Positions 1-9,721 of a stretch of 59,734 nt of DNA are shown piece after piece; within the stretch, counting starts at the first letter, position 1; each line of letters starts with the position of its first letter. This DNA comes from a virus. Its lineage: Duplodnaviria > Caudoviricetes. Both the position numbers and the translations under genes were made by a program. Under the pieces are notes generated by a model, which saw only the letters and a program-made list of their open reading frames with translations, was not told the origin of the DNA and searched no databases. The DNA is taken from positions 1 through 59,734 of the IMG/VR virus record IMGVR_UViG_3300037755_000523. One strand, given 5' to 3'.

Positions 1-1443
1 ATGGCTACATTTTGGAGTAAATTCGCAATGGCAACCACAGCCGCGTACCAAACGTTTCGGCGCGTGTACAGCAATCCAGAGGACGAGCAGCGCCGGGCGG
101 CGTTCTCATCGCGGCGCGTCGTCTACGCGTTGCGCTGGGCCTACTACCAAAATAGCGCGTTTGAAGACCTGGCGAATTGGAGCCAGTACAAGGGCGCGCA
201 TCGGCTCTACCGGTTCACGCGCAGCATTTACAACCCGACCGCACGCCTGATCGACTTCTACACCGGCGCGCTCTACCCTGGCCGCTTGTCCGCGGAACCT
301 GACAAGCCCAGCGCAATCCCGCTGAACGAGGCAACACCGCAAGCCCTGCGCACGGCCATTGCGGAGGTCTGGCGGGCTAGCAACTGGCAAAGCAACAAAA
401 GTGTCATGGTGCGCTGGGCGGCAAGCTTAGGCGAGATGCTGGTGGAGATCATCGACGACGTTGAGCGCGGGCAGGTCTACCTGCAGAACACCTGGCCGGG
501 TATGGTGGATGATCTGGACCTCGACAACATGGGCAACGTCAAAGCCTACGCACTGGAGTACGACGCCCTGGACGCCGACGAAAAGCCGTACAAGTACCGC
601 AAAGAGGTTGACAGCAGCGGCTTTCGTGAATTCCACGACGACAAGCAAGTCAGCAGCTATCCCAACCCCTACGGTTTTGTGCCGGCCTGTTGGGTGGTGC
701 ATCGCAACGAGGGCGGCATGTACGGCGCGCCGGCCATGCGCCACATTAGCAAGTGGGACGAACTCAACGGACTTGCCAGCCATACGCACGACCAGATTCA
801 CAAGCAACTGAAAGCGCCGCTACTGCTGGCCGGGACGAAGTTCAGCGCCTACAGCGAGCAGGCGAAGGCGGGTGCGTCTGAGGACAACAAAACGATGCAG
901 GAGAGTATCGACATTATCCAGGGTAGCGCAGACGCCACATTGCAGACGATGCAATTTGCCGGCATCGAACTGCTCATTCCCTACATGGAAAAACTGCTTG
1001 GTGAGATCGAAGCCGATCACCCCGAACTAACGTTCTATCAGCAGTTACGCGAAATGAGCCAAGTCACCGGTCCCGCGGCGCAACGGCTGATGGGTGATGT
1101 GCAGGCGCTCGTGATGGATGCGCAAGCCAGTTATGACCAGCAACTGATCAAGGCATTCCAGATGGCGACTGCAATCGGTGGCTGGCGCCTGAGTCAGCGA
1201 GATTGGGGGGCGTCTGTGAACCGGCAACAGGAGGCTTACCGTGGCTTTGACCTGGAGAGCTACCGGCGTGGCGACCTGGAATTTAGCATCGACGAGCGTC
1301 CGCTCATTCCGGTAACGGAGCACGAGCAGTTGGAGCTTGACCGGATGAAGCTGGCGCTAGAGAGTGACCGGCGCGGATTGAATGAGCAGAACCAACCGGC
1401 GGCGATTGCCGGTAGGCTGAGAGGGGCACGGGTGGCAGCATGA
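1..1443 (+). CDS. Portal protein
   Basis: 480 aa; directly follows the terminase large subunit across the circular junction (TAATG overlap at 59606-59610) and precedes the head genes. Confidence 0.8.
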   Translation: MATFWSKFAMATTAAYQTFRRVYSNPEDEQRRAAFSSRRVVYALRWAYYQNSAFEDLANWSQYKGAHRLYRFTRSIYNPTARLIDFYTGALYPGRLSAEPDKPSAIPLNEATPQALRTAIAEVWRASNWQSNKSVMVRWAASLGEMLVEIIDDVERGQVYLQNTWPGMVDDLDLDNMGNVKAYALEYDALDADEKPYKYRKEVDSSGFREFHDDKQVSSYPNPYGFVPACWVVHRNEGGMYGAPAMRHISKWDELNGLASHTHDQIHKQLKAPLLLAGTKFSAYSEQAKAGASEDNKTMQESIDIIQGSADATLQTMQFAGIELLIPYMEKLLGEIEADHPELTFYQQLREMSQVTGPAAQRLMGDVQALVMDAQASYDQQLIKAFQMATAIGGWRLSQRDWGASVNRQQEAYRGFDLESYRRGDLEFSIDERPLIPVTEHEQLELDRMKLALESDRRGLNEQNQPAAIAGRLRGARVAA

Positions 1444-1805
1444 ACTGGTTAGAACGAAAGTTCTTGGGGCATATTTCTTTTCACGTGCTTGGTAGACGTG
1501 TGACGGTCTACGGATTTAATGCAATGCATTGCGCTGTCAACATTAAAACGAGGCGTTGGGGGTGGGTTTGTTTTCACCCGAATTGGCGACATTGGCCCTG
1601 GTATTTCTATGTGTCTCCTAATGGTACGCCAGGTGTCGCCACTTATGCCATCGGCCCTGGTGTAAGCAAGCAAGAAAAAGAGCAGGCGTCATTGCGGCGT
1701 CAATTGTTGGGACATAACTACAGGGTGGATGATTACGAGTATCGCGATTTGCTCGATATAGATTTGAACATGCGCATAAGATTTCGTGATGAGGTGGCAG
1801 CATGA
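1440..1805 (+). CDS. Hypothetical protein (AT-richer insert)
   Basis: 121 aa, ATGA overlaps at both ends, visibly AT-richer than its neighbours. Confidence 0.65.
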   Translation: MNWLERKFLGHISFHVLGRRVTVYGFNAMHCAVNIKTRRWGWVCFHPNWRHWPWYFYVSPNGTPGVATYAIGPGVSKQEKEQASLRRQLLGHNYRVDDYEYRDLLDIDLNMRIRFRDEVAA

Positions 1806-2194
1806 GTCTAGAAGTTCCTGACTGGCTACGCGCCCACCTCACCTACTGGCAGAATGCCCTATCGATGTGGGAATGGGAAATCCGCTTGCGCTTGGAAATG
1901 GTGCTAGATGGCAATGAGGATTGTCGGGGGCTAGCGTCGCCGTCGCCGCTGGTCAATGTGGGCCGCATTGGCATTCGTGCCGATGCCGAAGACACGGAAG
2001 AGTGGGAGATCACGTTTGTCCATGAGATGCTGCACATCAAGCATAGCCGCGTGGATGAGGTGATTTACCAGGTGCTGGGGCCACAGGTCAATATGCCAGA
2101 CGGGATGATAGAGGTAGTGTACAAACAGGCGCTGGAACCGTATATTGAGAGCATGGCGAAAGTGCTAGTCAAGCAACGCAGGGGTGATGAGTGA
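1802..2194 (+). CDS. HEXXH metallopeptidase-like protein
   Basis: TFVHEMLH motif, 130 aa. Confidence 0.55.
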   Translation: MSLEVPDWLRAHLTYWQNALSMWEWEIRLRLEMVLDGNEDCRGLASPSPLVNVGRIGIRADAEDTEEWEITFVHEMLHIKHSRVDEVIYQVLGPQVNMPDGMIEVVYKQALEPYIESMAKVLVKQRRGDE

Positions 2195-3018
2195 CCCGCG
2201 ACGAGTTCATTGACCTGCTCGCCCGTCTCGTGGCCGATGGCGAGCTAACCGAACTGGACGCCGCCGATCTGCTGGCTGAGTTCGACGCCGGTAAAATCAC
2301 CGACGTGCCGAGCGTGTTGCCAACGCCGGAGGCCATTCGACCGCCGGATGACGGTGCGCCGGAACTGGCCTTGCTGGCTCTGCTGGCATTACTGGCAAGC
2401 CGTAACCGGCCCACATTGCGACCTTTCTCTCGGGGCACGGCCATTGGCATGGCCAACGCGGCGCAGGCCGTGTTTGAACGCAACGTAACCAATCTGGCCG
2501 CAGCTCTGAGCAATGGCGATATCGCTCTAGCGAACTGGCAGCGCAGCATGTTGGCAGAGGTTGAGGATCACGTGCTACAGCAAATGTTTCTCGCCAATGG
2601 CGACATTGTTTTGACGCCATTGCAGGCTGCAAGGTTACGCACACACGTTGCCGAGCAGGGCGCGTACCTGCAACGGTTTGCGGACCAGGCGGCGTTGCGC
2701 ACGGGGCAGGGGACGCCATTCACGGAGGGCTACATTGCGAATCGTAGCCGGCTATATGGCGGTGTGGGGCGAAGCGAGTTTTTCCGAGGTAGTGAGGAAG
2801 CCGCCGTGGCACGTGGGGATGTGGGCGACGGGTGGGTATTTGAGTACATTGCTGTTGACGACCGCGGAACTTGTAGCCCGTGCCATGCGGCGCAAGGATT
2901 CTATCTGGCTGGTCAAGGCCCGATGCCGGGTCAAATTTGCTTGGGGGCAGGATATTGCAGATGCAGACGCGTAGCGCAGTACAATCCAGAGATGTATCGC
3001 AACTTGACAATCGTGTAG
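2191..3018 (+). CDS. Minor head/morphogenesis protein (Mu gpF / SPP1 gp7-like)
   Basis: Position after portal; C-terminal DDRGTCSPC...CRC signature. Confidence 0.75.
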   Translation: MTRDEFIDLLARLVADGELTELDAADLLAEFDAGKITDVPSVLPTPEAIRPPDDGAPELALLALLALLASRNRPTLRPFSRGTAIGMANAAQAVFERNVTNLAAALSNGDIALANWQRSMLAEVEDHVLQQMFLANGDIVLTPLQAARLRTHVAEQGAYLQRFADQAALRTGQGTPFTEGYIANRSRLYGGVGRSEFFRGSEEAAVARGDVGDGWVFEYIAVDDRGTCSPCHAAQGFYLAGQGPMPGQICLGAGYCRCRRVAQYNPEMYRNLTIV

Positions 3019-3172
3019 ACTCGTTGATTTTTAACGAGGAATATGCTACACTAAGCCAAGCAGAATTAAAGCGCCTGCACGACATGGCGTTGGGCTTGGT
3101 ACAACTACTGAGGCCAATGTTGGGATTAGGGCCGGTGATGACCGGCAAGCAAATGAGGCGGGAGCGTTACGG

Positions 3173-3355
3173 GTGATCACACGCATATTGCTTTTTGTGG
3201 CTGTAGCCGGTGCTGTCTTGGGCCTATTTGTGCTACTTTCGGCCGATCTGCTTGGCTCCGAAACACAAGCTATCGATATTGCATTTGCGATTGCCTATGC
3301 CGTAATCCCGTATTGCCTGGCGCGTGCTTGGCAGGAGATTGGACGAAGTGGATAA
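3173..3355 (+). CDS. Small two-TM membrane protein
   Basis: 60 aa with two hydrophobic segments. Confidence 0.55.
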   Translation: MITRILLFVAVAGAVLGLFVLLSADLLGSETQAIDIAFAIAYAVIPYCLARAWQEIGRSG

Positions 3356-3572
3356 TAACGAGCAAGAATCGATCAGCCTGGCTGAGTTAGACAAAGACAT
3401 GCAGACGGCTTACCACCTGCAAGTTGCACTCCAGGCCATGAAGGACAGTAGGCCGAATGATCGCAGCGCAGCCGACCGACATTGGGCTGTAGCCATCACC
3501 GACATGGAACGCATTATCGCTTATTTTGATTATTTCATCATGCGCTATGATCCAGAAGACAACAAACGATAA
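3348..3572 (+). CDS. Small helical protein, Acb2/Tad1-like hairpin candidate
   Basis: AGGAG then GTG start; DRSAADRHWAVAITDMERIIAYF resembles the R-x-x-S-L-A-I-T-K-L-E-E helix of nucleotide sponges. Confidence 0.4.
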   Translation: MDNNEQESISLAELDKDMQTAYHLQVALQAMKDSRPNDRSAADRHWAVAITDMERIIAYFDYFIMRYDPEDNKR

Positions 3573-3619
3573 TTAAGCCGTTTTCTATCACAACCGAATA
3601 ACGCCCTACTGTGTATCAC

Positions 3620-3667
3620 AACAAGGCGATCAGGGAGCTTAACTAACCGCTCCTTGATCGCCTTGTT
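3620..3667 (+). terminator. Long hairpin upstream of the scaffold gene
   Basis: AACAAGGCGATCAGGGAGC ... GCTCCTTGATCGCCTTGTT inverted repeat. Confidence 0.6.
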
Positions 3668-3723
3668 CTATTTACGTCCTAAATCGTGGCGGACACGTTA
3701 AACCCGAAAGAGGACTATCTATC

Positions 3724-4335
3724 ATGCCAGACGAAATCACGACCAACGAACAAACGACCACCGACGCAACGGCGATAACACCGGCTACGCCCGCGGGGGC
3801 GACACCTACCGAACCGACACAGCCGGTAGACAACACCGTGCCCTATAGCCGCTTTGATGAGGTCAACAAAGCCAAAAAGGCCGCCGAATCCGAGCTTGCC
3901 AAACTACGCAAGCAGGCCGAGGATGCTGAAAGCGCAACCTTATCCGAGCAGAATCGATTCAAAGAGCTTTACGAGAAAGAGCAGGCCAAAGCCGCCGCTC
4001 TGGAAAAGCGCTTCGAGGATGTGCAAGCGCAGGTCACGCGCGACCGCATCATGGCCGCCATCGAAGCGGCGGCACGCGCCGCTGACTTCGCAGACCCAGC
4101 CGATGCACATGTATTCCTCGATGTGAACAGCATCGAGGTTGATGAGGCTGGCAAGGTAAAAGAGGTTGAAACGTTGGTCAAAAGTCTGGCACAAGCAAAA
4201 CCGTATCTAGTCGCTCAGCGCGAAGTGCAGCCAGGCAATGGCGCACGCCCTAAACCGGCGGGCGCGGCCGGCACAGCGGCGGCAGATGAAGCCGCCAGGA
4301 AACAGCACGGACGTTGGGCGCATAGTCAATTCTGA
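3724..4335 (+). CDS. Capsid scaffolding protein
   Basis: T/P-rich N-terminus, VPYSRFDEVN motif, coiled coil, KPYL motif; upstream of capsid. Confidence 0.8.
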   Translation: MPDEITTNEQTTTDATAITPATPAGATPTEPTQPVDNTVPYSRFDEVNKAKKAAESELAKLRKQAEDAESATLSEQNRFKELYEKEQAKAAALEKRFEDVQAQVTRDRIMAAIEAAARAADFADPADAHVFLDVNSIEVDEAGKVKEVETLVKSLAQAKPYLVAQREVQPGNGARPKPAGAAGTAAADEAARKQHGRWAHSQF

Positions 4336-4343
4336 GGTGACAT

Positions 4344-4757
4344 ATGACAAATCTTGCACTCGTGACCACGGGTCGCGTGCGAGTTGTAGAGAGTTTTATC
4401 CAGCAGACCGCGCCGCTGGCTGAGACGTTGGTGGTAGGTGACGCGGTGCGTTTCGACACCTCCACCGGCAAATTCACCGGCTCGAACGCTTCTGCTGCCG
4501 GTGAGGCGCGTACTTACGGTATCCTGGTCAGCAAAGACGGGGCCGGCGCGGTGGGAACGGCAGTCCGCAAAGGAGTGTTGGACGGATTTGCACTGACGGC
4601 GTTGGATTATGACGCCATAGTGTACCTGTCGGACACCGACAAAACGCTTGCGGATGCAGCGGGGACTGTGACAACGGCAATCGTGGGGCGAGTCATTCCA
4701 GGCTTTGCCACCACGTTAGGGACAGCGGCTGACAAGCTTCTGTTCGTGGACCTATAG
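4344..4757 (+). CDS. Head decoration/cement protein
   Basis: 137 aa, A/G/T-rich beta protein between scaffold and capsid. Confidence 0.65.
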   Translation: MTNLALVTTGRVRVVESFIQQTAPLAETLVVGDAVRFDTSTGKFTGSNASAAGEARTYGILVSKDGAGAVGTAVRKGVLDGFALTALDYDAIVYLSDTDKTLADAAGTVTTAIVGRVIPGFATTLGTAADKLLFVDL

Positions 4758-4768
4758 GGAGATAAATC

Positions 4769-5851
4769 ATGGCTAACCAAGTCCTCTACGGGTTCCAGAA
4801 TTTGACACATCTTTTTGCCGAAAAGTTGGATCAGACCAACATCAGTGTTGTCAGCACGGCCATTCAGCAGTCTGTTGACGAACACAACCGGCAAATGACG
4901 TCGTTGACCAGTCTGTTTATGGAGCCGACCACCGACTTCAAAATTCGTTACCAAACGCCGGTCAACACTCGCCTTCAGCCGTTGGATGAGAACGGGCGCG
5001 CCCGGCCCATCTTGCGGGCCGGTTACTATGATGTGGCGTGGCCGCTGCAGGCCGCGGGTACAGCATGGGGAACCAACCGCATTAGCCGTATCAAAATGAC
5101 GGTCGAGGATGCCAACAACATCACGGCCACCATGTTGAGCGCCGATTTTCGTTGGATGCGTGACCACATCCTGGCCGCGCTGTTCTACGATGCGGGCGGC
5201 GATGGAACCGGCTGGACCTACACTGACGCGCAGCATGGCTCGCTGAACATCCTCGGCCTTGCTGATGGCGACACGCAGACCTACAACGTGGTTGCCGGTG
5301 CGGACAGTGGCGCGACCGATGACCACCTGTTGGCACAAGCCGCTGCTATCAGCGACAGCGCCAACCCGTTCCCGACCGACTACGCCGAGTTGACGGAACA
5401 TCCCGAAAACAGCGGAGAAGTTGTGTCGATTATCCCGACCAATCTCAAGGCCTCTGTCGAGGCGCTGGCGACCTTCTACCCGATCACCGATCCCAACCTC
5501 CGCAGCGGATCTGGCGTCACGGAGCTTATCGGTTCGCTTGGCACATCCGTACCTGGTGAGGTCATTGGCTACGTGGACAAAGTCTGGATTGTCGAATGGC
5601 GCAGCATGGTCAGCAGCTACATGATCACGCTGCCCACGCAGGGGCCGCGGCCAATCCGTATGCGTCAGCATCCAGAGGCCGAACTGCAAGGTTTCCGGCT
5701 GGTGGCAGAGCGCAACGATCATCCATTCATGGAATCGCAGTGGGAGCGCCATGCAGGGTTCGGCGCCTGGAATCGCGTAGGCGCTGTGATTAGACGAATC
5801 TCTAATGGCACGTACGCGGTCCCGACCGGCTACGAGTCACCATTAGTCTAG
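4769..5851 (+). CDS. Major capsid protein
   Basis: 360 aa, GGAG RBS, canonical position after scaffold/decoration genes. Confidence 0.8.
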   Translation: MANQVLYGFQNLTHLFAEKLDQTNISVVSTAIQQSVDEHNRQMTSLTSLFMEPTTDFKIRYQTPVNTRLQPLDENGRARPILRAGYYDVAWPLQAAGTAWGTNRISRIKMTVEDANNITATMLSADFRWMRDHILAALFYDAGGDGTGWTYTDAQHGSLNILGLADGDTQTYNVVAGADSGATDDHLLAQAAAISDSANPFPTDYAELTEHPENSGEVVSIIPTNLKASVEALATFYPITDPNLRSGSGVTELIGSLGTSVPGEVIGYVDKVWIVEWRSMVSSYMITLPTQGPRPIRMRQHPEAELQGFRLVAERNDHPFMESQWERHAGFGAWNRVGAVIRRISNGTYAVPTGYESPLV

Positions 5852-5859
5852 GAGACGCC

Positions 5860-6093
5860 ATGCACCCGCGAGTGATTGCCCAACGACAATCCGACGCGCA
5901 TGGCCGCATTGTGGCGGCGGTGAAAGCCGTCGCTGCAAATACCGGCGTAGCGACGTTGGATTTGACCGCCATCCGCGAGAAATCGCCGGATGTGCAACGC
6001 ATTAAAGAGTATGAGGCGCTGGCTGACTGGCTGGAGGCGCTGCGAAAGCGCACGCTGCCGGTGGTCAAGACGAGGGAGGCGAAGAATGAATAG
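5860..6093 (+). CDS. Hypothetical protein
   Basis: AGGAG RBS, 77 aa. Confidence 0.6.
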   Translation: MHPRVIAQRQSDAHGRIVAAVKAVAANTGVATLDLTAIREKSPDVQRIKEYEALADWLEALRKRTLPVVKTREAKNE

Positions 6094-6967
6094 ATTCAAA
6101 TGGCCGCTGATGGCCGCGCTTCTCGCCGTCATCCTGGCTGCCGGTGCGGTCTATGCGCAGGTTCTGCCAAAGAACCCGGTCGATTGGCTAATCGCCAAAC
6201 GCATCACCAACAGCGGCACAAGTACGCTGGCCGGCATAGTGACGACCGGCAGCGACGTGACCGTAGGCGGCGACCTTGCAGTAACCGGAGACCTGACATC
6301 CGGGGCGGTGAATGTTATCGGCGAAGTGCTCACCATTGCCGGGCAGAATTTCGTTTATGACACGCTTGGCGTGACCGAGACGCTGAACGTCACCGGAACA
6401 ACGACCCTGGCCGGGGCGACCAGCGCTAGCAGTCTGGAATTGAGTGACAACCTAACAATGACGGGGGCGATCATCGCCAACACCGTAACTGCCACTGACG
6501 TAACGACGGTGGATGACGTGACAGCTGGTGACGACCTGATCGTGACTGACGACGCCACCATTGGCGGCGACCTAGTAGCCAACACGGCGACCATCACCGG
6601 CACGGCACAGGCCGCCGACCTGACCGCGACGGACGATCTGGTAGTCGGCGATGATGCCACCATTGGCGGATTGCTCAACATGACACCGGCGGCCGTGATT
6701 ACCGTTACTGAGGCCATGACCACCTTCGCGGCAACCGGAGCCATCCAGCCGATTGCCGCAGCCGGTGCAGTTGGCATTGACGACCTCGGCACACCAGCCA
6801 CTGGCAGTTTGATGATTCTGGTGAACATCGGTGCGCAGACGATCACCATCAGTGAGACAGCGTCGATTGTGTCCGCCGGTAACGTAGTGGTCGGGGCCGG
6901 TGACACGGCGGTCTATGCCTACGTCGGCGCGAAATGGTATCAGATCGGGCCCCTGGGGAACAACTAA
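6086..6967 (+). CDS. Fibre-like repetitive beta protein with N-terminal signal peptide
   Basis: GGAGG RBS; MNRFKWPLMAALLAVILAAGAVYA|Q; DDLxVxDDATIGG repeats. Confidence 0.65.
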   Translation: MNRFKWPLMAALLAVILAAGAVYAQVLPKNPVDWLIAKRITNSGTSTLAGIVTTGSDVTVGGDLAVTGDLTSGAVNVIGEVLTIAGQNFVYDTLGVTETLNVTGTTTLAGATSASSLELSDNLTMTGAIIANTVTATDVTTVDDVTAGDDLIVTDDATIGGDLVANTATITGTAQAADLTATDDLVVGDDATIGGLLNMTPAAVITVTEAMTTFAATGAIQPIAAAGAVGIDDLGTPATGSLMILVNIGAQTITISETASIVSAGNVVVGAGDTAVYAYVGAKWYQIGPLGNN

Positions 6968-6968
6968 C

Positions 6969-7397
6969 ATGACACGCGCCGAACTGTTCGACTACCTGGC
7001 CGATACGTTTACGCGTATCACCAAAGAGCTAAACCTGCCCGAAGCGGACACGGACAACAGCTACCGCTATCCGCTCGACCAGGCGTTCCGGCGGCTGGGC
7101 GTGGCTGAGACTAGCCTTGCCACAGCGGAGGTGAGCGGCTTGCAGGTCGAACAGGCGACAGCGCTTGGCGAATACTATAGCCTACTGCGCTTCTGGACTA
7201 TCACCTCCACGCGGACGGACTACCCCGCCGAGGGTATGGCCCAGAAGCGCAGCCAGCTATTTACGCAGATCGGCGACTTGCTACAGCGCGCCGAGAAACG
7301 CTGTGAGGCGCTTGGCGTCAGCGTAACCGGCACAACCGAGCTACAGCGCATCAGTCTGCTACTGGACTATATCGAGCCGGAGCTAACTAATGGCTGA
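6969..7397 (+). CDS. Head-tail adaptor (putative)
   Basis: Helical ~142 aa protein in the neck position. Confidence 0.55.
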   Translation: MTRAELFDYLADTFTRITKELNLPEADTDNSYRYPLDQAFRRLGVAETSLATAEVSGLQVEQATALGEYYSLLRFWTITSTRTDYPAEGMAQKRSQLFTQIGDLLQRAEKRCEALGVSVTGTTELQRISLLLDYIEPELTNG

Positions 7398-7887
7398 TCT
7401 CTGGAGCCTGTTGGAAGATGAGCTGGCCACCCAGGCCACGGCCATTCTTGGCGGCGCAGTCGATGATCTCTCCATCGTCACCGTGCTGATTGATACAGTC
7501 TACGATCTAGATTACCTAGAAAACCATTACGAATTGCCGGTACTGCTCATTGTCTCTGTGGATGCAGACGAAGACGCCGGGCCGCATGGTGACGGTTTGC
7601 AGCATGTGGTAATGAGCTACCCGTTTCACCTGGTTGCGGTTGCGCCGGCCACTGTCAAGCGCACAGCCCAGCGCAACGCAAAAGAGTTGCGGCGGCGACT
7701 GCTGGCTTTTCTGCGCAATGCAACCGTTCAGGCGGCATTGGAAGGCGTCGCCGGTGACGACGGCGAGACGGTGCAGCGGCTGGATTATGGCAACAGCGGT
7801 GCAACCGTCTTCGGGCCGGCCAACCAGGATGAAGGGCCATACATGAGCGTGGCCGGCGTGCGATTCATCATTCAGACGCTCGTGTAA
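7390..7887 (+). CDS. Tail terminator/completion protein (putative)
   Basis: Acidic 165 aa protein immediately before the tail tube gene. Confidence 0.55.
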   Translation: MADLWSLLEDELATQATAILGGAVDDLSIVTVLIDTVYDLDYLENHYELPVLLIVSVDADEDAGPHGDGLQHVVMSYPFHLVAVAPATVKRTAQRNAKELRRRLLAFLRNATVQAALEGVAGDDGETVQRLDYGNSGATVFGPANQDEGPYMSVAGVRFIIQTLV

Positions 7888-7909
7888 CGGGCGAGAGGAC
7901 ATACAACCT

Positions 7910-8926
7910 ATGGCTGCAAATTCGCTGGCCTCTGCGTTTAGTCTGGGCGTGCAAAGCGCCAAAGACAGCGCGGCGACCACCTACCATACGGCGCTGGCGA
8001 CCGTGTCGGGTATGGACCCGCTATTCGATGTCCAGGAGCCACCGGCAGAGCATCCAGCGCCGTCGAGCCGCTCCACCCTGCGCAAAAGCGCACCGGAACG
8101 CGTCGGCTACCTTGCGCCGGTCAACGCCACTTTTCTGTTACACCCACGTTTCATCGGGCGCGCACTGCGCGCGATGGGTTTTGGTGTCTCCACCGTCAAC
8201 AACACCACGCACTACACCCACACGTTCACCATTGCCGCCGACGCATCCGTCGCATGGCTGACGGCCATCCATAAATGGAGTGGCACGACCGACCTGGAGC
8301 GCAAGGTGACGAATCTGCGCGGCGAGTCGTTGGCGTTCAATGCCGACCTGAACCAAATTCAGTGTGTGTTCGGCGGTGTCGGCCTGGTTGAAGGCAACGC
8401 CACCGGCAGCGAAACGAAAGTTTCAGAGGCCACGACCCTGCTCAAACCCAACACCGGTTCGGTCACATTTGAGGTGGGTGGCAGTGGCATCTCAACCACC
8501 TACCGCGGCAATCAGATGACGATTGCGCAACAGCTTGACCGTGATGAGCGCGTGTTGCACAGCAGCGGGCGCGCCGGGCTATCGCGTCTATCCATCGACG
8601 CCACCGGCACGCTTCAGGGTATCGACATTGACCTGGGCACCTACGCCCACTGGAAAGCGCTCAAGCGCGGCGGGGCGGGCACGGCGCCCAGCTTGACCGC
8701 GGTCACTGGCCTGCTTTCGTGGCAGTTCACCAGTGCGGCCAATATCAGCGGCGCTGCCGTGCCCTACAGTTTGACCACCACGGTGGCAGAGGCGGCCTAT
8801 GACATGGTAAGCCCCAACGCCAACGGGCAAGACCTCATTCGCGCCGACATCACTTGGCAGATGATTGATTCAGCCAGTCCCCCATTGTCACTCGTGTTAG
8901 TGAACGACCAGGCATCCTATGCTTAA
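7910..8926 (+). CDS. Major tail tube protein
   Basis: 338 aa, S/T/G-rich, YTHTFT motif, C-terminal LVLVNDQASY. Confidence 0.75.
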   Translation: MAANSLASAFSLGVQSAKDSAATTYHTALATVSGMDPLFDVQEPPAEHPAPSSRSTLRKSAPERVGYLAPVNATFLLHPRFIGRALRAMGFGVSTVNNTTHYTHTFTIAADASVAWLTAIHKWSGTTDLERKVTNLRGESLAFNADLNQIQCVFGGVGLVEGNATGSETKVSEATTLLKPNTGSVTFEVGGSGISTTYRGNQMTIAQQLDRDERVLHSSGRAGLSRLSIDATGTLQGIDIDLGTYAHWKALKRGGAGTAPSLTAVTGLLSWQFTSAANISGAAVPYSLTTTVAEAAYDMVSPNANGQDLIRADITWQMIDSASPPLSLVLVNDQASYA

Positions 8927-9443
8927 TTTTGAATGGTATCAGGAAGACAGCGTAGCCTTTGAGCTACCAAACGGCGGGCAACTGCGCATCACATGCGGCG
9001 TGTGCAGTGAGTACGATCTCGCCATCTACCGTGCGCACTTAGGCCAGGCGCAAGATTATCTGGCCGAGGAGTACCAGTTGGACTTTGCCGCCATTGCGCG
9101 CGGTTCAGCGCGTATGAACGGGCACTTCCACGAGTGGGACGCCCTGCGCGATTGGGCGGCGAACATGGCGGCACTACGCAGAATCGAACAGCGCGCCGAC
9201 GCCGATGCAGCGTGGGAGCCGGTCGACGCGCCGGATGAATGGCGCTCGCCTGCCACCGGCCTGCACGCTATTCCGGGTGCGATTATGCGCGCATGGAACC
9301 AACTGGTCAATGATCTTAATCCGGGCATGTTTAGCACGCTCGTCAGCGACACAGCTAAAAAAAACGTGCGCGTGATCGAGACGCCATTGACAGCCGAATC
9401 AACGCCATCCTCGACGCCGAAGACAAAGCAAAAGCCGAACTAA
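8919..9443 (+). CDS. Tail assembly chaperone (G form)
   Basis: Follows tube gene; contains slippery A AAA AAC at 9359-9365. Confidence 0.75.
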   Translation: MLNFEWYQEDSVAFELPNGGQLRITCGVCSEYDLAIYRAHLGQAQDYLAEEYQLDFAAIARGSARMNGHFHEWDALRDWAANMAALRRIEQRADADAAWEPVDAPDEWRSPATGLHAIPGAIMRAWNQLVNDLNPGMFSTLVSDTAKKNVRVIETPLTAESTPSSTPKTKQKPN

Positions 9444-9721
9444 AAGACGGCATCGACGATCTACCGGCGCCGGAGGAGCTGCTGCAAGAGGCTGAGCTTG
9501 ACGAACTGGCCGGCCTCATCCGGCGCGAGAGCCTGGAGATTTGGAGCGTCTGGCATCGGTTCGGTGGCGGTGAGCGCGGCTTGTCGCTTGACGAGATACT
9601 CGCCATGCCCGGCTGGCTGCGACAGGACTTCGACGTAATCCACACGAGGCTTGGCAAAGAGCGGCGGCGGCGGCGGTCACTGGAGAAGGCGCAACATGCA
9701 AATAATCCTACGCGCACCTAA
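9359..9721 (+). CDS. Tail assembly chaperone -1 frameshift extension (GT form)
   Basis: -1 frame is open from the A8 run: KRARDRDAIDSRINAIL...LSLDEILAMPGWLR...PTRT*; not in the ORF track. Confidence 0.75.
   Translation, partial: KKRARDRDAIDSRINAILDAEDKAKAELKDGIDDLPAPEELLQEAELDELAGLIRRESLEIWSVWHRFGGGERGLSLDEILAMPGWLRQDFDVIHTRLGKERRRRRSLEKAQHANNPTRT

Noticed and set aside
4607-5752. Long antisense ORFs (also 13785-14813, 53567-54481, 55961-56992)
   Set aside because: Shadows of GC-rich sense-strand genes with no RBS or motifs
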